Part shown: piece by piece, positions 30,203 to 39,985 of the stretch
How positions within the stretch are numbered: the first letter of the stretch is position 1
Layout: every line of letters starts with the position of its first letter
Assembly (NCBI GenBank): GCA_963665325.3
Contig: CAXXWS020000002.1
Location: 128,001-192,000, forward strand
Source: Alphaproteobacteria bacterium
GTDB lineage: Bacteria > Pseudomonadota > Alphaproteobacteria > Bin95
DNA length: 64,000 nt
Direction of reading: 5' to 3'
Made by a program: the position numbers and the translations under genes
Notes under the pieces: generated by a model
The model's database searches: none
What the model was told of the DNA's origin: nothing
Seen by the model: only the letters and a program-made list of their open reading frames with translations

Positions 30203-31735
30203 TCAGACGGGCGGCTCGCCATCTCGGGTCTTTTCGAGGTTGCCGAAGCGGGTGAAGCGGCCTTCGAAATAGAGCTCGACCTTGCCGGTCGGCCCGTGGC
30301 GCTGCTTTGCGATAATGACATCGGCCAGATTGTGGACGCGGTCCATCTCCTCCTGCCATTCCCGATGCTTGTCGCTGTTCAGGTCCTCCGGCTCCTGGCG
30401 TTCCAGGTAGTATTCGTGGCGGTAAATGAACATCACCACATCGGCATCCTGCTCGATAGAGCCCGATTCGCGCAGGTCCGCAAGGTGCGGGCGCTTGTCC
30501 TCCCTCTGCTCCACGGCGCGGGAAAGCTGGGAGAGCGCGAGGATCGGCAGGTTCAACTCCTTGGCCACGGTCTTGAGGCCGCGGGTTATTTCCGAGACCT
30601 CCTGCACGCGGTTTTCCGGCCGCCGGCCCCCGCCGGGTTGCATGAGCTGGATATAATCCACCACGATCAGGTCCAGCCGCCCGTTGGTGCGCAGCAGTCG
30701 CCGGGCGCGGGTGCGAAGCTGGGAGACGCTGATCGCCGGCGTGTCGTCGATAAACAGCTTCAGATTCTCCAGCTCGCGGCTGGCCTGGACGACCGAGTCG
30801 AACTGAGCATTGGTGATGCGCCCGCGCCGAACCTCGTCCGAGGAGACCTGCGCCTGCTCGCCCAGTATGCGCAGCGCCAGTTGCTCCGCGGACATTTCCA
30901 GTGAGAAGAAGGCGACCGCGTAGCTGTCGATCTCCTGCGTCTCGTCGAAACCGAGGCTGGCGCGCCCGGCGTTGAAGGCGATATTGGTGGCAAGCGCCGT
31001 CTTGCCCATGCCGGGCCGCCCGGCCAGCACCACAAGGTCGGATGGCTGGAGGCCGCCCAGCTTCGCGTCGAGGTCCTTGAACCCGGTCGTCACCCCCGCC
31101 AGACCATCGCCGTGAAATGCTCGCTCGGCCATGTCGATGGCGGATTCGAGCGTGCGGACGAAAGGCCGGAATCCGGTCTGCTCGGCTCCCGTCGTGGCCA
31201 GTTCGAACAGGCGGTGTTCGGCCTTCTCTATGCGGCTGGTGGCTGTGAGGTCGAGGTCGCTGTCATAGGCGTCGTTGACGACCTCGCCGCCGATGGAGAT
31301 GAGCGCGCGGCGCAGGTGCAGGTCCTGGATCGACTGTGCGTAATATTTCGGGTCGATCACGCCGATGGCGCTTGCGGCAAGCTCGGCCAGATAGCGCGGT
31401 CCGCCGACATCTGCGAGCCGGTCCTGCTGCTGGAAATAGTCCCGGAGGGTGTCCGGGGTGGCCTGTCCGCCGCGCTCCGTCAGGCGCCGTATGGCGTCGT
31501 AGATCCGCCGGTGGCTCGGGTCGAAGAAATGCTCCGCTTCCAGGAAATCGCTGACCTCCTCGAAGATGCGGTTGTCCACGAGAACCGCGCCCAGCAGCGC
31601 CATCTCGATCTCCAGATTGGCCGGAGGCTGGCGGTAGCCGGGGTCTTCGTCGGGCGGAGCTTCGAAGGGCGGCTCTTCGGCGAGCCAGGGATCGGCTTGT
31701 GCTGTCATGGCAGGGTCATTAGACCGGGGCACCAT
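30203..31735 (-). CDS. dnaB: Replicative DNA helicase (start at 31735 or 31708)
   Basis: GRPGMGKT, FSLEMSAEQL, DYIQL, LSQLSR, DLRESGSIEQDAD, KQRHGP. Confidence 0.97.
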   Translation of the reverse strand: MVPRSNDPAMTAQADPWLAEEPPFEAPPDEDPGYRQPPANLEIEMALLGAVLVDNRIFEEVSDFLEAEHFFDPSHRRIYDAIRRLTERGGQATPDTLRDYFQQQDRLADVGGPRYLAELAASAIGVIDPKYYAQSIQDLHLRRALISIGGEVVNDAYDSDLDLTATSRIEKAEHRLFELATTGAEQTGFRPFVRTLESAIDMAERAFHGDGLAGVTTGFKDLDAKLGGLQPSDLVVLAGRPGMGKTALATNIAFNAGRASLGFDETQEIDSYAVAFFSLEMSAEQLALRILGEQAQVSSDEVRRGRITNAQFDSVVQASRELENLKLFIDDTPAISVSQLRTRARRLLRTNGRLDLIVVDYIQLMQPGGGRRPENRVQEVSEITRGLKTVAKELNLPILALSQLSRAVEQREDKRPHLADLRESGSIEQDADVVMFIYRHEYYLERQEPEDLNSDKHREWQEEMDRVHNLADVIIAKQRHGPTGKVELYFEGRFTRFGNLEKTRDGEPPV

Positions 31736-31781
31736 TTTCGAGTCTCTAAGGATAAGTTGGAAAGAAGGGATAACCGCCGCC

Positions 31782-32522
31782 ATGCACCGGCTGATCGCGC
31801 TCGAAGGCGCTACGAATTTCCGCGACCTCGGCGGTTACGAAGCCGTTGACGGCCGCCGGGTCCGCTGGCGCCGGCTGTTCCGCGCCGACGGGCTGCACGG
31901 CCTGACGCCGGCGGACCGCAGGACTCTGGAAGCGCTTGGCATCGAGGAGGCGCTCGACATGCGCTACGGGCCGGAGCGCGCGGGCGAGCCCGCGCGCCTG
32001 CCCGAGTCGGCGGCGAGCGTGCATATCGGCCTTCCCGAGGCTCCGGGCGTCTCGTTGCTGGAGACGCTGAATCTGGGCGGCGTGTCCTCGGCGGAGGTGG
32101 CGAAGAGCTGGCTCACGGCCAGCTATGCCGGCTATCCGGAGAAATACGCGCCCGCCTGCCGCGCGATCCTGTGCCGGCTGGCGGCGGATGACGCGCCGCC
32201 GCTGCTCTTCCACTGCACCGCCGGCAAGGACCGCACCGGCTTCGCCGCCGCCGTGGTGCTGGAGGCGCTCGGCGTGCCGCGCGAGACGATCATGGAAGAC
32301 TACCTCCTCACCAACCGCCACTGGGACCGCGGCAACCGCGAACCCGAAGGCCTCCCCCGAGAAATCTACGAGCCGGTGTTTTCAGCGAGGGAGGAATACC
32401 TGTCGGCTTCATGGGCAACGCTGGACCGGGATTATGGCGGGCTGGAGGGCTGGCTGGACCGTGCCGTGGGTTTCGGCGCGGGGGACCGGGAACGGCTGAA
32501 GGCGACGCTGCTGAAATATTAG
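31782..32522 (+). CDS. Protein tyrosine/serine phosphatase (Y_phosphatase3-like)
   Basis: NFRDLGGY, P-loop HCTAGKDRTG, DYLLTN. Confidence 0.9.
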   Translation: MHRLIALEGATNFRDLGGYEAVDGRRVRWRRLFRADGLHGLTPADRRTLEALGIEEALDMRYGPERAGEPARLPESAASVHIGLPEAPGVSLLETLNLGGVSSAEVAKSWLTASYAGYPEKYAPACRAILCRLAADDAPPLLFHCTAGKDRTGFAAAVVLEALGVPRETIMEDYLLTNRHWDRGNREPEGLPREIYEPVFSAREEYLSASWATLDRDYGGLEGWLDRAVGFGAGDRERLKATLLKY

Positions 32523-32613
32523 CACCGTTCCTGTTTCGGACTTCCAGCATGCCCAATCGACCAAGTGTTGTCGCGAAACAACGTGGTTGCAATCATACTA
32601 CTTCTCGACCGAC

Positions 32614-33591
32614 CTAGAAAATGCGTCGCGGACCAACATCACCATACTCCCATGTTTCGATAGGTGAGACGCTTGGGGGCAAATGCCGATTAACTATATC
32701 CAGTACTACTTGATAACCGCGTTTCACCTCGTCGCTACGATCATCAATTCCGAAGCAAACGGCAGCACGAAGGTCGTCGTTTAATGGTAAGCTTGGTCGC
32801 GAAGTCAGGCCCAACTCTACCCGTGCGTCGAGAAGATCTTGCACCTGCTTGATTAGTGATCGCGAATTATTCAGTCCTATATGCCACTCCCAAATGTATT
32901 GCAATAATTGGAAAGGGGAGTAGTAGATTTCCGGCTCAGATCCCTTGGTATGCTTGAGTTCCACAAGAGTCAATCGTCCATCTGGGGAAATTGCAATCTG
33001 GTCAAGTTTTAGGGCGGTTTTCTTTGGCATTGCCCATCGCAATCCGGTGGAAGACTGCCGGTACAAATCATAATTCCTCATCAATTCTTTAAATGCAGAT
33101 TCTACGCCATCGAACAGCCTCAGCTCTTTCCTTTGGACAGTTGATTGATACTCCAAGCGAACCTCTCTATCGAATGGAGTCCAAGGATTTGTGATTCTAG
33201 ACCACTCCAATTGGACCGTCCCTTCCTTACTGATATGCTGTGAGCGGACGCTAACTTGATTCAAGTAAAGCTCTAATTCTTCCAAAAAATCTTCATCGTT
33301 TTCTCGCCAATTTTTCAAGAATCTCTGTCCACAATGTTGATTTTGATAGAATTTGTCCGCTGTCAATTTAATTTGATTATTTCTCTTTAGCCTCTTTATT
33401 ATTATCACTCTGGTCAATCCACAATAAACATGGATGCAATCAAGGCGGCGAAAATGCACATCCAATGATAAATCAGCAATTTTGGTGTTGCTGACAATTT
33501 CTAGAAATAATGAAAGATTACTTCTTGGATAAAATAACTTTTGTAATTCTGCGGATGGTGCTCGGTCAAACCAGAAATTTCGTTTCTGCAT
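32614..33591 (-). CDS. AT-rich hypothetical protein, probable PD-(D/E)XK nuclease
   Basis: FDREV...KLDQIAISPDGRLTLVELKH...QLLQY fits E...D...ExK...QxxxY; AGGAG RBS. Confidence 0.6.
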   Translation of the reverse strand: MQKRNFWFDRAPSAELQKLFYPRSNLSLFLEIVSNTKIADLSLDVHFRRLDCIHVYCGLTRVIIIKRLKRNNQIKLTADKFYQNQHCGQRFLKNWRENDEDFLEELELYLNQVSVRSQHISKEGTVQLEWSRITNPWTPFDREVRLEYQSTVQRKELRLFDGVESAFKELMRNYDLYRQSSTGLRWAMPKKTALKLDQIAISPDGRLTLVELKHTKGSEPEIYYSPFQLLQYIWEWHIGLNNSRSLIKQVQDLLDARVELGLTSRPSLPLNDDLRAAVCFGIDDRSDEVKRGYQVVLDIVNRHLPPSVSPIETWEYGDVGPRRIF

Positions 33592-33615
33592 GTTGTTCTC
33601 CTAATGACTGGGACA

Positions 33616-34863
33616 CTAAATGTCGCACCACTCGCCATCCTCCCGCAGGACGACATTGTTGAAGAATTCCGGGAAGCGGCCGGTTTCGAATGAATGTATC
33701 GGAGTGAGGGCGCGGGGTGCAAGGGCGGCGGCGAAGCGTTGCAGGTCGGCGGCCGAGGCGTGGCCGGAGGTGTGGAGGACCTGCCACTCGATGCCATGCT
33801 GGCCGAGCCAGTCCAACACGCGGCGGGAGGAGTTCTCCTTCAGGTAGCCCCGCCACATCGAGTAGCTGAAGCCGGCGCCGTCCAACGCCGAGCGGACGCC
33901 ACCGTCGAGCCTCGCCATCGGACGGAACAGCATGACGGCGCGTTCGGCGAGGCCGGGCAGGTCTTCCGGATAAACGCGGTACCTGTGGTGCCGGTCGCGG
34001 TCCCGGAACAACTCCTTTTTCTTGATGAGCACTCGCTGGCTTTGCGGGATATAGACGCTGACCTCCGGCCAGTGCGATTGCGGGATGGTGTCCCGCCCCG
34101 TCGCTTCCAGCACCACCGCCGTGTAGAGGTCGATCAGGAGCACGCGGCCTGACTTCTTGGCGGCACGGAAGATCGTGACGATCCGGTCGATGTTCTGCGA
34201 GGAGGTCCAGACAAAGTGCATGCCCCCCGTCTGCCGAAAGGCCTCGACGAACCGTTCTTCGAGGTCCGACTCGGTCTCGAAGCCTTCCTCCGTGCCCGCC
34301 CGCCCGAGTGTCGTGCCCTCCATCAGCAGCACGTCGATGCCGGCGGGCGGGTCGCGGACCAGACGTTCGAACAGCGCCGCCTTGCGGCCGTGGGCGCGGA
34401 AGTCGCCGGAGTAGAAGACCCGTTTGCCGTCCGCTTCGACCAGCAGGGCGTAGGCGTCGAAGGCGCTGTGATCGACCAGAAAGGGCGTGACGCGGAACGG
34501 CCCGATCTCGACCGGCCGCCGGTCGGCGAGGAAATGCGGGTCGGTGAAGGCATGCCCGTTCGGCACCCACGCGCTCGCGGCCTTGAGGATGTTGTGCCCG
34601 GCTTCGCCGATCCACACCGGGATTTCCGGGCGGATATGCGCGGCCAGCCCGTAATGGTCCTGGTGGGCATGCGAGATCATGACGCCGAGCAGGCTGTCGT
34701 CGCGTTCCCGGAACCCGGGAACTTCGGGGAGCAGCGTCTCCTGCGCCTCGTCGGGCGCGTCGAGCGGCAGGCCGACATCGAGCACAATCCGCTTGCCCTG
34801 GGCCTCCGCCTCGATGCAGGTGCCGCCAATCTCCTGCGTGCCCCTGTGGATGCGTAGTCTCAT
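33616..34863 (-). CDS. Metallo-beta-lactamase/beta-CASP hydrolase, RNase J-like
   Basis: EIGGTCIE, SHAHQDH (HxHxDH), DHS, YSGDFR, MEGT, HTSGHA, PIH. Confidence 0.85.
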   Translation of the reverse strand: MRLRIHRGTQEIGGTCIEAEAQGKRIVLDVGLPLDAPDEAQETLLPEVPGFRERDDSLLGVMISHAHQDHYGLAAHIRPEIPVWIGEAGHNILKAASAWVPNGHAFTDPHFLADRRPVEIGPFRVTPFLVDHSAFDAYALLVEADGKRVFYSGDFRAHGRKAALFERLVRDPPAGIDVLLMEGTTLGRAGTEEGFETESDLEERFVEAFRQTGGMHFVWTSSQNIDRIVTIFRAAKKSGRVLLIDLYTAVVLEATGRDTIPQSHWPEVSVYIPQSQRVLIKKKELFRDRDRHHRYRVYPEDLPGLAERAVMLFRPMARLDGGVRSALDGAGFSYSMWRGYLKENSSRRVLDWLGQHGIEWQVLHTSGHASAADLQRFAAALAPRALTPIHSFETGRFPEFFNNVVLREDGEWCDI

Positions 34864-35160
34864 CGCCGACGCTCCTTCGCTCGATACACTGTTTATTTCA
34901 GTTCGGCGGCCGAGAAGTTTACCGAATCAGCTGCGGCTTCTTGCGGAGGCCGCCTTTTCGATTCCGGAGCGAAAGAAGGACCGGGAGGAATGCCGGGAAC
35001 GGATGGGGGATATGCGCCGGGAGCAGGGGCCGCATCGCCCCGGCCGGAACCCGGTCGCGGAAAAATCCTCGCGGGCGCGGGCCGCACGGCCTCCGGCCGC
35101 GCCATTCCCCCTTCGAAAGCCCATATTGCGCCCGCAAACCGCGTCCTGCGGCGTCCGGCG

Positions 35161-35601
35161 TTATTTCACGGTGACGGTAATCACCGCCGACATCACGGGC
35201 GGGGTGTGCGGGACATGGTTGTGGTCGCCCAGCACCAGCTGCAGCGTGTGCGCGCCGGGCGCCAGTTCCACGGTTGCCTCCGTCTGGCCGCCGCCGAAAT
35301 GCCGGTGGTTGTCGTCAGTCGTCACGCTGAAAAGCAGCTCTTCCTCACCGTCCTCGCCCTGGCCCATCGGCGGACGGTCGATCAGCAGGTGGTGGTGGCC
35401 GGTGCCTTCTTTTTCGATGCCGGCCGGCGCCACGCCCATGCCCGACAGGCCGAAGACGACCTTCACCGGGCTCGACACGGTGTCGCCGTCGGAAAGGTTC
35501 ACGAAATACACCACCGCGCCGGGGCTGGACGGCGCCCCCTGTGCGAAGGCCGCGCCCACGGCCGAAAGGGCGAACAGAGCGGCGAGAATTGCGGTTTTCA
35601 T
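35161..35601 (-). CDS. DUF4399-like secreted protein
   Basis: Signal peptide; FGLSGMGVAPAG, TGHHHLLID, HFGGGQTE, LQLVLGD. Confidence 0.8.
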   Translation of the reverse strand: MKTAILAALFALSAVGAAFAQGAPSSPGAVVYFVNLSDGDTVSSPVKVVFGLSGMGVAPAGIEKEGTGHHHLLIDRPPMGQGEDGEEELLFSVTTDDNHRHFGGGQTEATVELAPGAHTLQLVLGDHNHVPHTPPVMSAVITVTVK

Positions 35602-35702
35602 GGGCCTCGTCCTTAATTGTGTCAGATTGTCGCAAGCATACTATCGAACCGGGCCGATACCCAGCAGCAATGCGGGCTCTTCAATGCGTCCGCTCCCAGC
35701 GC

Positions 35703-37415
35703 TCAGTCCAGCAGCGTCTCGCCCGGTCGGATATGAGTGAAGGCGACCGGCTCCGAGGAGGCGGCGAGCGCGCCGCCCGCAAGGCGCACGGCCGTGTAGC
35801 GCGTGGTGTCGAGGTCACCCGTCTCGGGGAAGTCCTCCCGATAGTGCGCGCCGCGCGAGTCCTCGCGGGCGCGGGCGGCCGCCGTAATGGCGCGCGAGAC
35901 CGTCACCAGGCTCTCAAGGTTCAGCCGGTCGTGCCAGGCGAGGTTGAAGGCCCGGCCGCCGCCGGCCGCGCCGGCCGCGTCCACCTCCGCCGCCAGCCCG
36001 GCGAGCCCGGCTTCGGCGCGTTCGAGGCTTTCCGCCGAGCGCAATATGCCGACCTCATCCCACATCAGGTCCGCGAGCCGGTCCCGGATGCCGGCGAGGT
36101 CGCCGGGCGGGTGCTCGAACACAGCGAGGCAGCGCGCGGCCGCGGCCTCCAGCACCGCCTCGTCCGGGTCCGGAAAGGCGCTCTGCCGGGCTGCGTCTTC
36201 CGCCATCCGGTCGCCGGCGATGCCGCCATAGACCGTGGAGTTGGCGACGCCGTTGCCGCCGAGGCGGTTCGCGCCGTGGACGCCGCCCGTGTCCTCGCCG
36301 GCGGCGTAGAGGCCTGGCATGGCGGTCGTCGTATCGGGCTCGAAGGCGACGCCGCCCATCATGTAATGCGCCGTCGGCACCACCTCCACCAGCCCGCCCG
36401 CAAGGTCGAAGCCGCAGTCCCGGCAGCGCTCGACCATGCCCTTGAAGCGCCCGGCCACCGACTCAGGGCCGAGATGGGCCATCGAGATGTAGAGCCCGCC
36501 ATTTTCGGTCACGTTCCCTGCGCGCATCTCGCTCGCCATGGCGCGGCTGACGATGTCGCGGGTGGCGCGCTCCAGGCGGTCGTCGTAGCGCTCCATGAAG
36601 CGCGTGCCGTCGCCGCCGAGCAGGTATCCGCCGGCGCCGCGCAGGCCCTCCTCCAGCACCGTGCCGGTCATGCGGGTGCCGGGGCCGGCATAGAGCCCGG
36701 TCGGGTGGAACTGCACCATCTCCATGTCGCGCAGCGCGAGGCCCGCCTCCAGCGCCATCGCCATGCCGTCGCAGGTCTTGTCGCCCGACGGCGTGTGGTA
36801 GCGGTACATGGTGGGGCCGCCGCCGGTTGCGAGCAGCACGGCCTTCGCCCGCACGAAGCGCAGCGCACCGGTGCGAATGTCGATCAGCAGCACGCCGGCG
36901 AGCCTGGAGCCGTCGCGGGACGGGATCAGCGCCGCCGCCCGGTGCTCTTCCAGCCGCGTCACCGCCCGCGCCCAGACCTGCTCCATCAGCCGGTTGACGA
37001 TCTCGATGCCGGTCAGGTCCCCCTTGTGGACGGTGCGGTCGAAGGTCTGCCCGGCAAACGCCTTCTGGTGGATGCTGCCGTCGGGATTGCGGTCGAAATA
37101 GCAGCCGATCTCGTCTTCGAGCTCCCGGATGCGCGCCACTGCGCCCTCGACCAAGGTCCAGGCGAGCTCCTGGTGGTTGATCCAGGCGCCGCCCTCGATG
37201 GTGTCCATGAAATGGCGCTCGACGCTGTCGCCCGGCGCAAGCGCGACATTGTAGCCGCCCTGCACCATGCGGGTGCAGCCGCTCTTGCCGAGCAGGCCCT
37301 TGGCGGCGATGGCGATGTCGAGCGCCGGGTCGGCGCGGTAGGCGTGCAGGGCGGCGAACAGCCCGGCGCCGCCGGAGCCGAGGATCAGTATGTCCCGGTC
37401 CAGGCGCTCGATCAT
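35703..37415 (-). CDS. Succinate dehydrogenase/fumarate reductase-like flavoprotein subunit
   Basis: GSGGAG, KSGCTRMVQGG, QFHPTG, EGLRG, RDIVSR, HYMMGG, HGANRLGGN, REDSRGAH. Confidence 0.88.
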   Translation of the reverse strand: MIERLDRDILILGSGGAGLFAALHAYRADPALDIAIAAKGLLGKSGCTRMVQGGYNVALAPGDSVERHFMDTIEGGAWINHQELAWTLVEGAVARIRELEDEIGCYFDRNPDGSIHQKAFAGQTFDRTVHKGDLTGIEIVNRLMEQVWARAVTRLEEHRAAALIPSRDGSRLAGVLLIDIRTGALRFVRAKAVLLATGGGPTMYRYHTPSGDKTCDGMAMALEAGLALRDMEMVQFHPTGLYAGPGTRMTGTVLEEGLRGAGGYLLGGDGTRFMERYDDRLERATRDIVSRAMASEMRAGNVTENGGLYISMAHLGPESVAGRFKGMVERCRDCGFDLAGGLVEVVPTAHYMMGGVAFEPDTTTAMPGLYAAGEDTGGVHGANRLGGNGVANSTVYGGIAGDRMAEDAARQSAFPDPDEAVLEAAAARCLAVFEHPPGDLAGIRDRLADLMWDEVGILRSAESLERAEAGLAGLAAEVDAAGAAGGGRAFNLAWHDRLNLESLVTVSRAITAAARAREDSRGAHYREDFPETGDLDTTRYTAVRLAGGALAASSEPVAFTHIRPGETLLD

Positions 37416-37738
37416 GCGAAGGCGGCCGCCAGGAAGCCGAAACCCGCCAGCAGCGCGAGGCCGCCGGCGAGTGCGATGCGCGATTGCTGGCGGTCGGACC
37501 AGCGGCCGAACTCAAGCAGCAACAGGCGCAGGCCCCCCGTCAGGTGGAGCGCCAGCAGCACGACCAGCCCCGCCTCGGCGAGCTTGACCCAGGGGTTGTC
37601 CGTCCAGTCGAGCACGTCGTCGAGCCGGGCGCGCTCCACGGCGAGGCCGAGCACCAGGAAGTGGAACGGCAGGAACACCGCCAGCGCCACGCCGGAAAGC
37701 CGGTGCAGCAGGAAGGCCCACCAGGGTCCGCGTCTCAC
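37412..37738 (-). CDS. Sdh/Frd-like cytochrome b membrane subunit
   Basis: HRLSG...FLPFHF...LHLTGGLR; three TM; GTG overlaps the upstream stop. Confidence 0.75.
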   Translation of the reverse strand: MRRGPWWAFLLHRLSGVALAVFLPFHFLVLGLAVERARLDDVLDWTDNPWVKLAEAGLVVLLALHLTGGLRLLLLEFGRWSDRQQSRIALAGGLALLAGFGFLAAAFA

Positions 37739-38061
37739 AGCACGGCCGCCACGGCGCGCAGGCCGAGCGCCAGCAGCAGCAGGCCGAACAGCCCCATGGC
37801 GATGTCGAGCCCCGCGCCGCGCCACCGGCACCATTCGCTCAGCACGGCGCGCAGGCCGATGGGCGCATGCACGGCGGCTGCCAGCACGAACAGCCCATAG
37901 ACCGCGCCCCAGAACAGGCTGCCCTCGGTGCGCGACAGGATTTCCTCGGCCGAGAGCCCGCCCCGGACCGCATAGAGGACGGTGCCCAGATGCAGCAGCA
38001 CCAGCGGGGCCAGCACCATCGCCGAGAGGCGCTGAGCCGCGAACAGCCAGGCTTCCTTCAT
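37735..38061 (-). CDS. Sdh/Frd-like membrane anchor subunit
   Basis: QRLSA...LHL...VHAPIGLR; three TM; ATGA overlap. Confidence 0.75.
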   Translation of the reverse strand: MKEAWLFAAQRLSAMVLAPLVLLHLGTVLYAVRGGLSAEEILSRTEGSLFWGAVYGLFVLAAAVHAPIGLRAVLSEWCRWRGAGLDIAMGLFGLLLLALGLRAVAAVL

Positions 38062-38774
38062 TGCTGCCGTTCCCGTGTCCGGCCGCCGAGCGCGCGGCGG
38101 AAGACCTCGCGCTTCAGGCCGGCGATGGCGGCGGTCGGGTTGAGGCCGGTCGGGCAGGCGTTGGCGCATTCCTGGTGGCTGCGGCAGAGATGGCAGCCCG
38201 CGCCGGCGGCATCCAGATGGCCGTCGCGGTCGCCGTCGCGCCGGTCGTTCACCAGCGTCCAGAGGCGGTTGAGCACGGCCGGCCCCGGATAGTCCGGGTT
38301 CCAGGCTACGCTGTCGCAGGCGGCGTAGCAGACGGCGCAATTGATGCACTCGATGCCGGCGTCGGCGGCCTTGCGCTCGGGCTCGTCCGGGCGGACCGGC
38401 GCGTCCGGGGGCTCCGCGGCAGGGACGAAGCGCGCCTCCGCGTCGCGCCACTTCTCGAAGAAGGGCGCCATGTCCACCGCGAGGTCCTTGATGACCGGCA
38501 GGTTGCGCAGCGGCCCGATCCGCACCCGGCCCTTGCGGGCGGCCAGCGACACATGGGTGCGGCAGGTCCAGCGCGGGCGGCCGTTGACGGTCATCGCGCA
38601 GGAACCGCACATGCCCACCCGGCAGGCGAAACGGTAGGCGAGCGAGGGGTCGATATGGCGCTGCACGTGGGTCACAACGTCAAGCACGGTCTGGTTCGCC
38701 TCGTGCGGCACGGAGTAGCGCCGCCAGGCGCCGTCCTCGCCCCCGCGCCAGATTTCGACCTCGAGCACTGCCAT
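38058..38774 (-). CDS. Sdh/Frd-like iron-sulfur subunit
   Basis: ACRVGMCGSCAM (2Fe-2S), CINCAVCYAAC, CHLCRSHQECANACP, PVIKDL. Confidence 0.88.
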   Translation of the reverse strand: MAVLEVEIWRGGEDGAWRRYSVPHEANQTVLDVVTHVQRHIDPSLAYRFACRVGMCGSCAMTVNGRPRWTCRTHVSLAARKGRVRIGPLRNLPVIKDLAVDMAPFFEKWRDAEARFVPAAEPPDAPVRPDEPERKAADAGIECINCAVCYAACDSVAWNPDYPGPAVLNRLWTLVNDRRDGDRDGHLDAAGAGCHLCRSHQECANACPTGLNPTAAIAGLKREVFRRALGGRTRERQQ

Positions 38775-38790
38775 GACGGGCTCATCGTAG

Positions 38791-38819
38791 CCGGTTTTGA
38801 CAAGCCGGGGGCAAGTGCG
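38791..38819 (+). repeat. 29-bp direct repeat, left copy
   Basis: ccggttttgacaagccgggggcaagtgcg, identical to 40168-40196. Confidence 0.9.
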
Positions 38820-38821
38820 CG

Positions 38822-39985
38822 TCATGCCGCCGCGAGCAGTTGCGCCAGTTCGCCAAGGCCGATCGCCTCGACCCCTTCGCTCTTGAGGTAACGATCATCG
38901 CCCGAATAAACGACGAAGGAGCGCTCCGGTTCGAGGTCTTCGCGCGCATGGTGGAATCCCCTGTCGAGCCTTGGTGCCAAGCCGCGCTTAATTTCCACGG
39001 CCCACAGCCTTCCGCCCGGCATCTCCAGCACCAGGTCGATTTCAGCGCCGGCGGCAGTTCGGTAGAACCACGCCTTTGCCCGCTCCGGCGCCGCGCCAAG
39101 CAGATTTTCCAGCACGAACCCTTCCCAGCTTCCGCCGGCGACCGGATGGCCCAGAACCGCATCCCGGTCATCGAGGCCGAGCAGCGCGTGGACGATGCCA
39201 CTGTCGCGGACATAGACCTTCGGGGATTTCACCAGGCGCTTGCCGACATTGGCGTGGAAAGGCGGCAGGCGCCGCACCAGCAGGAGATCGACAAGCAGGT
39301 CGAGATAGCGGGCGATCGTCTTGCCATCGACGGCAAGGCCGCGTGCGAGATGGGCGGCGTTGAGCGCGGCGCCCTGCATGTGCGCGAGCATGGTCCAGAA
39401 GCGGCGCAACGTTTCCGCAGGCACGCGCGGCCCGAGTTGCGGGATGTCGCGTTCCAGGTAGGTGCGGACGAAATTCTCCCGCCAGACCGCGCTGGCGTCG
39501 TCGCTGTCGGCGAGAAAGCTGTCCGGGAATCCGCCCCGGATCCAGAGTTTCTCGCGCGCATCGCCATCGACTTCGAGAACGTTGAACGGCTCCAACTCGA
39601 CATAGGCAATGCGGCCGGCAAGGGATTCTCCCGATTGCCTGAGCAGGTCGATGGAAGCCGAGCCCAGCAACAGGAATCGGCCCGTCCGGATGTTACGGCG
39701 GCGGCCCTTGTCGATGAGGCCGCGAAGCGTCTGGAACAGCTCCGGCGCCCGCTGCACCTCGTCGAGGATGACCAGCCTGTCTTCATGCCCGGAGAGGTAA
39801 AGGGCGGCATCGCTCAGCTTCGCGCGGTCCGCGGCATCCTCAAGATCGAGATAGACGCTCGTCCGCTCTTCGGCGACGAAATGGGCCAGCGTAGTCTTGC
39901 CCGCCTGGCGTGGGCCGAGTACGGCTACGGCCGGAAAGCGATCCAGCCGGGCGCGAACGAGCAGCGATTTCCCGCGCGGTATCAT
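38822..39985 (-). CDS. AAA+ ATPase (AAA_14) with DUF4143 and C-terminal PD-(D/E)XK-like domain
   Basis: GPRQAGKTT, ILDEVQ, SGESLAGR, RGGFP, YLERD, KSPKVYVRDSG, EIDLV...AVEIK. Confidence 0.9.
   Translation of the reverse strand: MIPRGKSLLVRARLDRFPAVAVLGPRQAGKTTLAHFVAEERTSVYLDLEDAADRAKLSDAALYLSGHEDRLVILDEVQRAPELFQTLRGLIDKGRRRNIRTGRFLLLGSASIDLLRQSGESLAGRIAYVELEPFNVLEVDGDAREKLWIRGGFPDSFLADSDDASAVWRENFVRTYLERDIPQLGPRVPAETLRRFWTMLAHMQGAALNAAHLARGLAVDGKTIARYLDLLVDLLLVRRLPPFHANVGKRLVKSPKVYVRDSGIVHALLGLDDRDAVLGHPVAGGSWEGFVLENLLGAAPERAKAWFYRTAAGAEIDLVLEMPGGRLWAVEIKRGLAPRLDRGFHHAREDLEPERSFVVYSGDDRYLKSEGVEAIGLGELAQLLAAA

Noticed and set aside
30203-31783. Intein in dnaB
   Set aside because: Length is normal and the helicase motifs are contiguous.
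32511-34901. ctgaaata/tatttcag as inverted ends of the MBL-nuclease cassette
   Set aside because: Only 8 bp, one copy lies inside the phosphatase coding end, and no target duplication is visible.
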